From positions 269,336 through 333,335 of the forward strand of contig CAWAAO010000014.1 in assembly GCA_963780015.1 (NCBI GenBank): a stretch of 64,000 nt of DNA, in the 5' to 3' direction. The notes under the pieces were generated by a model. That model did no database searches, was not told where the DNA came from, and was given only the letters and a program-made list of their open reading frames with translations. This DNA is from an uncultured Actinomycetes bacterium. Its GTDB lineage: Bacteria > Actinomycetota > UBA4738 > HRBIN12. Numbering within the stretch: the stretch's first letter is position 1; each line of letters begins with the position of its first letter. Below are positions 59,968-64,000 of this stretch, piece by piece. Position numbers and translations under genes: made by a program.

Positions 59968-61461
59968 CAATCGACGAAGCGCCGCGATCAATGCGTCGAC
60001 CTCGGCGCGTGTCGACAGGTAGTTCACGATCCCGGCGCGCAGGTACGTGCGGCCTCGAAGCGTCGTGACGCTCACCCACGCGGTGCCGTCGACCTCCAGC
60101 GCCCGCTGCAGCGCGTTCTCGTAGGCGTCGAGGTCGATGTCGTCCGATGCCGCCGGGCCGGGCAGGTGTCGGAAGCACACGACCGACAGCTCCGGTTCGC
60201 ACGCGAGATCGAAGTCCGGTGCCGTCCGAAGCGTCTCGGCCAGGTAGGCGGCCAGGTCGTCGTTGTGCTCCACCAGACCGCCGAGGCCCTCGGTGCCCAG
60301 ATGCTGCCAGCTCATCCAGAGCTTCAGCGCACGGAACCGTCGCGTGCCTTCGATCGAGTACTCGTAGTAGTTCAGCGGCGCGTCCTCCGGACGGTTCGAC
60401 GCGTAGTACTCGGGCGCACGATGGAACGTGTCGAGGAGGTCCTGGCGGCGACGCACGACGAGGGCGCCGATGTCGTAGGCCTGGAAGAACCACTTGTGTG
60501 GATCGACCGTGACCGAGTCGGCCAGCTCGAGGCCGGGCACCCGCTCGGCATCGCGTGCCGACAGCCTGGCGGCGCCCCCGTAGGCGGCGTCCACGTGGAG
60601 CCAGCAGCCCTCGGAGGCGGCCAGCCGGGCGAGCGCCGGGACATCGTCGACCGATCCCGTGTTCGTCGAGCCGGCGACGGCGCAGATGGCAAGCGGGATC
60701 AGCCCCGAGGCGCGATCGGCCGCGATGGCGGCGGCGACGGGCTCGGCCCGGAGTCGGAACGTCTCGTCGGAGGCCACCACGCGCAACGTGTCCTCCGGGA
60801 ACCCGAGGATGTCGAGCCCACGCCCCACCGAGAAGTGCGTCTGGTCGCTCGCGTACACGCGCACGCCGTCCAGATCGGCACCGCGCGGGGCGCGATCCAG
60901 ACCGCGCAGCGTCCGCAGGTGCACCTCGCGAGCCACGGCGAGCGCCATGAGGTTGGCCATGGCGCCGCCGCTGGTCAGCACGCCCCATGCGCCCGGCGGC
61001 AACCCGACGAGGTCGCAGAGCCAGCGGGTGACCTCCTCCTCGACGAACGCGCCGACCGGTCCCGCGTGCCAGACGTCGACCCCTTGTTGGAGCCACTGGC
61101 CGAGCACCTCGCCGCCGACGGACATCGCGAGCGGCGGCGGCGTGAAGTAGCTGAACGCGGCCGGGTGCTGCGCGTTGAAGGTCATCGGCGCGACGCGTTC
61201 CCGGAACGTGCGAAGCACGTCGTCGGCGGGCACGCCGCGCCCGGGCATGCTCGCGGGCGATCCGTCGGGGCCGAAGAAACGCCGCCGCGAATCCGGGTAG
61301 CTGTCGGGATGGATCGGCCGGTCCATCGCGCGGTCGAACAGCCAGTCGAGCGCCTCGGTCGTGATCGCGTCGGCGAACCGCGCAAGCGCCTCCCGGGCGC
61401 CCGGCGCCGTCAGATCCAACAGCTCCGGGTCGGGGACCCGCGGCAGATCGTCACGCGGCAC
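59932..61461 (-). CDS. PLP-dependent group II amino-acid decarboxylase family
   Basis: Intact 509 aa. HVDAAYGGAA and TVDPHKWFF (PLP-lysine) motifs. Confidence 0.8.
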   Translation of the reverse strand: MPRDDLPRVPDPELLDLTAPGAREALARFADAITTEALDWLFDRAMDRPIHPDSYPDSRRRFFGPDGSPASMPGRGVPADDVLRTFRERVAPMTFNAQHPAAFSYFTPPPLAMSVGGEVLGQWLQQGVDVWHAGPVGAFVEEEVTRWLCDLVGLPPGAWGVLTSGGAMANLMALAVAREVHLRTLRGLDRAPRGADLDGVRVYASDQTHFSVGRGLDILGFPEDTLRVVASDETFRLRAEPVAAAIAADRASGLIPLAICAVAGSTNTGSVDDVPALARLAASEGCWLHVDAAYGGAARLSARDAERVPGLELADSVTVDPHKWFFQAYDIGALVVRRRQDLLDTFHRAPEYYASNRPEDAPLNYYEYSIEGTRRFRALKLWMSWQHLGTEGLGGLVEHNDDLAAYLAETLRTAPDFDLACEPELSVVCFRHLPGPAASDDIDLDAYENALQRALEVDGTAWVSVTTLRGRTYLRAGIVNYLSTRAEVDALIAALRRLSEGVLEELDRR

Positions 61462-61522
61462 GCCGGGAGGCTACTAGGGGGCGGCCGTGACATCCGTCAC
61501 CGTCGACGGGGCGACCGCGGCC

Positions 61523-61528
61523 TAGCGT
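61523..61528 (+). promoter_or_regulatory. -10-like hexamer placed for a leaderless transcript
   Basis: TAGCGT, 7 nt before ATG 61536. Confidence 0.35.
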
Positions 61529-61535
61529 CGCGCAC

Positions 61536-63074
61536 ATGTACGGACGGGTGCGTGGCATGACGGTCCTCGGCGTGGGCGGGCACCCGGTGACCGTCGAGGC
61601 CTTCGTCGGCCGCGGGTTGCCCGCGCTCACCCTCACCGGTCTTCCCGGCGCGGCCGTGGCCGATGCCCGCGATCGGATCCGTCCCGCGGTGGAGCACGCG
61701 GGCTTGGAGTGGCCGTTGCGCCGGGTCGTGGTCAACCTCGCGCCCGGCAACCTGCGCAAGGAGGGCGCCGGCCTCGATCTCCCGATCGCCGCGAGTGTGC
61801 TGGTGGCCACCGGGCAGGTGCCGGGGGCGGCCGTCGCCGGCGCCGTGTTCTTCGGGGAACTGTCGTTGAAGGGGGAGGTGCTGCCGACGCCCGGCGTCCT
61901 GTCGGTCGCGATCGCCGCCGTACAGAGCGGCTCGCCGGTCGTCGTGGTGCCGAAGGCCAACGCCGTCGAAGCCGCGCACGTCGAGGGGATCCACGTGGTC
62001 GCCGTGTCGTCGCTCGAACAGGTGGTGATGTTCCTGCGTGGCACCTGGCACGCGCCCGAGATCGAGGTCGAGGCGGGCGCGGGGTGGCAGTCGCCGGCCG
62101 CCGATCTCGCCGATGTGCGCGGGCAAGCCCAGGCGCGCAGGGCGCTCGAGGTGGCCGCCGCCGGCGGGCACAACCTCCTGCTCGTCGGCTCGCCCGGCGC
62201 AGGCAAGACGATGCTCGCCCGCCGGCTCGCGTCGATCTTGCCCGAGCTCACCCGTGACGAAGCGCTCGAAGCCACGCAGTTGCATTCGGTGGCGGGGTTG
62301 CTGGCGGGCCGCGGTCTGCTGCGGCAGCGCCCCTTCCGATCGCCGCACCATTCGATCAGCACCGTCGGGCTGCTCGGGGGCGGCTCGAGCGTGTTGCGCC
62401 CGGGGGAGGCGAGTCTCGCCCACCGCGGCGTGCTCTTCCTGGACGAGCTGACCGAGTTCCGACGCGACGCGATCGAGTCGCTCCGCCAGCCGCTCGAGGA
62501 CGGGTGCGTCGTCGTGACGCGCGCCAGCGGGTCGGTGACCTTTCCCGCGCGATTCACGCTGGTGGCGGCGGCCAACCCGTGTCCGTGCGGTTTCCGCGAC
62601 GACCCGGTGCGCGTGTGCGGGTGTCGCGACGACCAGCGTGCGCGCTACATGGGCAAGCTCTCGGGTCCGCTGCTGGATCGCATCGATCTGCGTGTGCGGG
62701 TGCCTCGGCTCACGAAGCACGAGCTCCTCGGTGCCGCGGGCGGCGAGCCCTCGGCCGTCGTGCGGGCGCGCGTGCTGGACGCCCGCGACCGACAGCTGCA
62801 CCGGTACCGCGACACCGTCTGGACGTGCAACGCCCATCTCCCGGGGCCGCTCGCGCGCCGGCAGGCGTCGTTGACCGATGAGGCGGAGCACCTGCTGGGT
62901 GACGCGGTCGAGGCCTCGGCGTTGTCGGGGCGAGGGTTCGACCGGGTGATCAAGGTCGGTCGCACCATCGCGGACATGGAGGGAGTCGCCCGGGTCGATG
63001 TGGGTCACATCGCCGAGGCGCTGTCCTACCGAGAGGCGTTCGAGCCGGAGGAGCGGACGGCGCGTGCGAGCTGA
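61536..63074 (+). CDS. comM: YifB/ComM family Mg-chelatase-like AAA+ ATPase
   Basis: Intact 512 aa. Lon-like N-terminal domain, Walker A GSPGAGKTMLA and VLFLDELTEF. Confidence 0.9.
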   Translation: MYGRVRGMTVLGVGGHPVTVEAFVGRGLPALTLTGLPGAAVADARDRIRPAVEHAGLEWPLRRVVVNLAPGNLRKEGAGLDLPIAASVLVATGQVPGAAVAGAVFFGELSLKGEVLPTPGVLSVAIAAVQSGSPVVVVPKANAVEAAHVEGIHVVAVSSLEQVVMFLRGTWHAPEIEVEAGAGWQSPAADLADVRGQAQARRALEVAAAGGHNLLLVGSPGAGKTMLARRLASILPELTRDEALEATQLHSVAGLLAGRGLLRQRPFRSPHHSISTVGLLGGGSSVLRPGEASLAHRGVLFLDELTEFRRDAIESLRQPLEDGCVVVTRASGSVTFPARFTLVAAANPCPCGFRDDPVRVCGCRDDQRARYMGKLSGPLLDRIDLRVRVPRLTKHELLGAAGGEPSAVVRARVLDARDRQLHRYRDTVWTCNAHLPGPLARRQASLTDEAEHLLGDAVEASALSGRGFDRVIKVGRTIADMEGVARVDVGHIAEALSYREAFEPEERTARAS

Positions 63075-64000
63075 GGGCGATGCGACGTCGCCCGCGGGCT
63101 TTCCCCCGGGGTTCGCCGCGGACCCGGGGGAGGCCGACGCGGCCCTGTTCCTGCGGTGCCTGCTCGGCATCACCCCGCGGGTGCTGCACGACCTGATCTG
63201 GCAGGTGGGGTCCGCCTCGGAGGCGGTCCGGGCGATCGCCGGCGGCGTCGCCGGTTCGGACAACGACCGCACGTGCTTGCGCGATGTCGTGCCCGCCGAG
63301 GTGCGACGTCGCCTGGTCGAGGCCGACGCCCGGTTCGCCCTGCCCGGTGACCCGGAGTACTGGCCCGCGTTCGCCCGGTTGGCCGACCCTCCGGTCGGCG
63401 TCTTCCTGCGCGGTCGACCGCTTCGCCTCGGGCACCGCCGCGTGGCGCTCGTCGGATCGCGTCGACCCTCGCGGCTCGGGGTCGAGGTCGCCCGCGATCT
63501 CGGCCGGGGCGTGACCGCGGCGGGGCTGGTCGTCGTCAGTGGGGGCGCGATCGGCATCGACGCCCGGGCGCACGAGGCAGCGCTCGACGTGGGCGGGACG
63601 ACCGTGGCGGTGCTCGGCTCGGGTATCGACGTCGACTACCCGGCGACCAACCGGGACCTGCTGCGATCGATCGCGCAGCGCGGCACGTTGGTCAGCGAAT
63701 ATCCGCCGGGCGTGCCGGCGGAACCGTTCCGTTTCCCTGCGCGGAACCGGCTGATCGCGGGCCTGTCCATCGGGGTCGTGATCGTCGAGGGCGGTGCCCG
63801 CAGCGGCACCCGGAGCACCGCGGACTACGCGGTCGCAGCTCGGCCTCGACGTGTTCGCGGTCCCGGGTCCGGTCACGAGCCCGCTCAGCGAGGCGCCCCA
63901 CGAGCTGATCCGCGACGGCGCGCGCCTGATCCGCGGCCCGGCCGATCTCCTCGAAGACCTGGGGTTCGAGGCCATGCAGGTCGAGGCGGTCTCGCTCGAC
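63063..64000 (+). CDS. dprA: DNA-processing protein DprA (3' end outside window), +1 disruption near 63835
   Basis: Not in the ORF track because it runs off the window. VALVGSRRPS, VVSGGAIGIDARAHEAAL and FPARNRLIAGLS. After ...STADYA the sequence continues as QLGLDVFAVPGPVTSPLSEAPHELIRDGARLI in the next frame. Confidence 0.8.

Noticed and set aside
1-64000. Search for CRISPR arrays, insertion sequences, prophage, integrase or transposase genes, toxin-antitoxin pairs and classical defence genes.
   Set aside because: None seen. The only repeats found are the ~370-bp tandem small-ORF unit and the CRP-like boxes. No ORF has recognisable recombinase, nuclease-defence or phage structural motifs.

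Overview
This is a very GC-rich chromosomal segment (about 70% by eye, not computed) with actinobacterial hallmarks. A DUF2469 gene follows rnhB. The gene order is hup-cofC-plsC-ddl ... recG-rsmD-coaD ... DUF177-rpmF-rnc-mutM-acyP-smc-ftsY ... ffh-rpsP-KH-rimM-trmD-rplS-lepB-rnhB-DUF2469-yraN-comM-dprA, which from memory matches the conserved Mycobacterium/Streptomyces backbone. I count about 75 protein genes and two tRNAs (Glu-CUC, Gln-CUG). I saw no rRNA, CRISPR array, transposase or integrase.

- **0-16 kb:** amino-acid and central metabolism (class-V aminotransferase + serA, ilvE, pepN, a threonine-dehydratase-like enzyme, gltX).
- **16.6-27.7 kb:** an accessory-looking stretch with three paralogous phosphoesterase (phospholipase C / acid phosphatase family) genes, a polytopic membrane protein, and heavily disrupted genes beside tRNA-Glu.
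- **Most interesting, 52.2-56.6 kb:** a ~4.4 kb block inserted between rimM and trmD. It encodes a Crp/Fnr regulator, a site-2 (M50) intramembrane protease fused to two cyclic-nucleotide-binding domains, and a translationally coupled zinc-ribbon ORF. It also holds three small ORFs, two of which are tandem paralogous ~50-aa basic proteins below the ORF-track cutoff. Each small ORF is preceded by the same array of three TGTGA-N6-TCACA-like boxes spaced 23-24 bp apart, with the proximal box placed as in class II CRP promoters.

**Caveats.** By manual reading, roughly 35 single-base frame disruptions, nearly all net +1, interrupt genes including essential ones. The assembly therefore probably carries insertion errors, and the coordinates of disrupted genes are my reconstructions. 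Separately, many genes carry a TAGSCT-type -10 hexamer 6-9 nt before the start codon, which suggests widespread leaderless mRNAs. All functional calls come from motif recognition by eye; no database search was run.
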